Below are positions 63,922-64,000 of a stretch of DNA of 64,000 nt, piece after piece (position 1 is the stretch's first letter; each line of letters begins with the position of its first letter). The notes under the pieces are model-generated. The model did not search any database. It worked only from the letters and a program-made list of their open reading frames with translations, and was not told the origin of the DNA. The stretch is from the NCBI GenBank assembly GCA_036918135.1, contig JBALDB010000055.1:44401-108400 (forward strand), given 5' to 3'. This DNA is from Nostoc sp. GTDB taxonomy: Bacteria; Cyanobacteriota; Cyanobacteriia; Cyanobacteriales; Nostocaceae. The translations under genes and the position numbers were made by a program.

Positions 63922-64000
63922 ACGGATAGAAAAGCCCAAAAAGCTTGCTAGGCATGAATTTGCTTAAGTGGGCAGGTGAAGTGCGATCGCTACGCTCGCC

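Overview
Window from a filamentous cyanobacterium (Nostocales-like; inferred from abundant HIP1 GCGATCGC, heptamer repeats and gene content). About 3.3-52 kb is an accessory island between a zincin metalloprotease gene and a housekeeping block (GT2, miaB, prs, Ser/Thr kinase, bioD, M20 amidohydrolase). The island is mostly a tandem array of AraC regulator / AMIN-domain TonB-dependent receptor / PepSY-TM modules: six intact receptors, one with a broken 5' end, and many orphan 3' fragments and chimeras. It also holds B12-independent enzymes (nrdB, an nrdA remnant, riboswitch-preceded metE). Three structures stand out beyond the ORF track. (1) A small integron-like cassette cluster at 12.4-15.9 kb with well-formed attC hairpins and no integrase in the window, carrying an HNH nuclease, an isochorismatase and Rpn pieces including a stand-alone RpnS-like ORF. 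(2) Several gene-fusion or deletion junctions that fall exactly on HIP1 octamers. (3) Module-specific 21-22 bp direct repeats between each AraC and its receptor, plus mosaic shuffling of signal peptide, AMIN and barrel parts. Many genes are pseudogenised. All calls are by eye; no database search was run.
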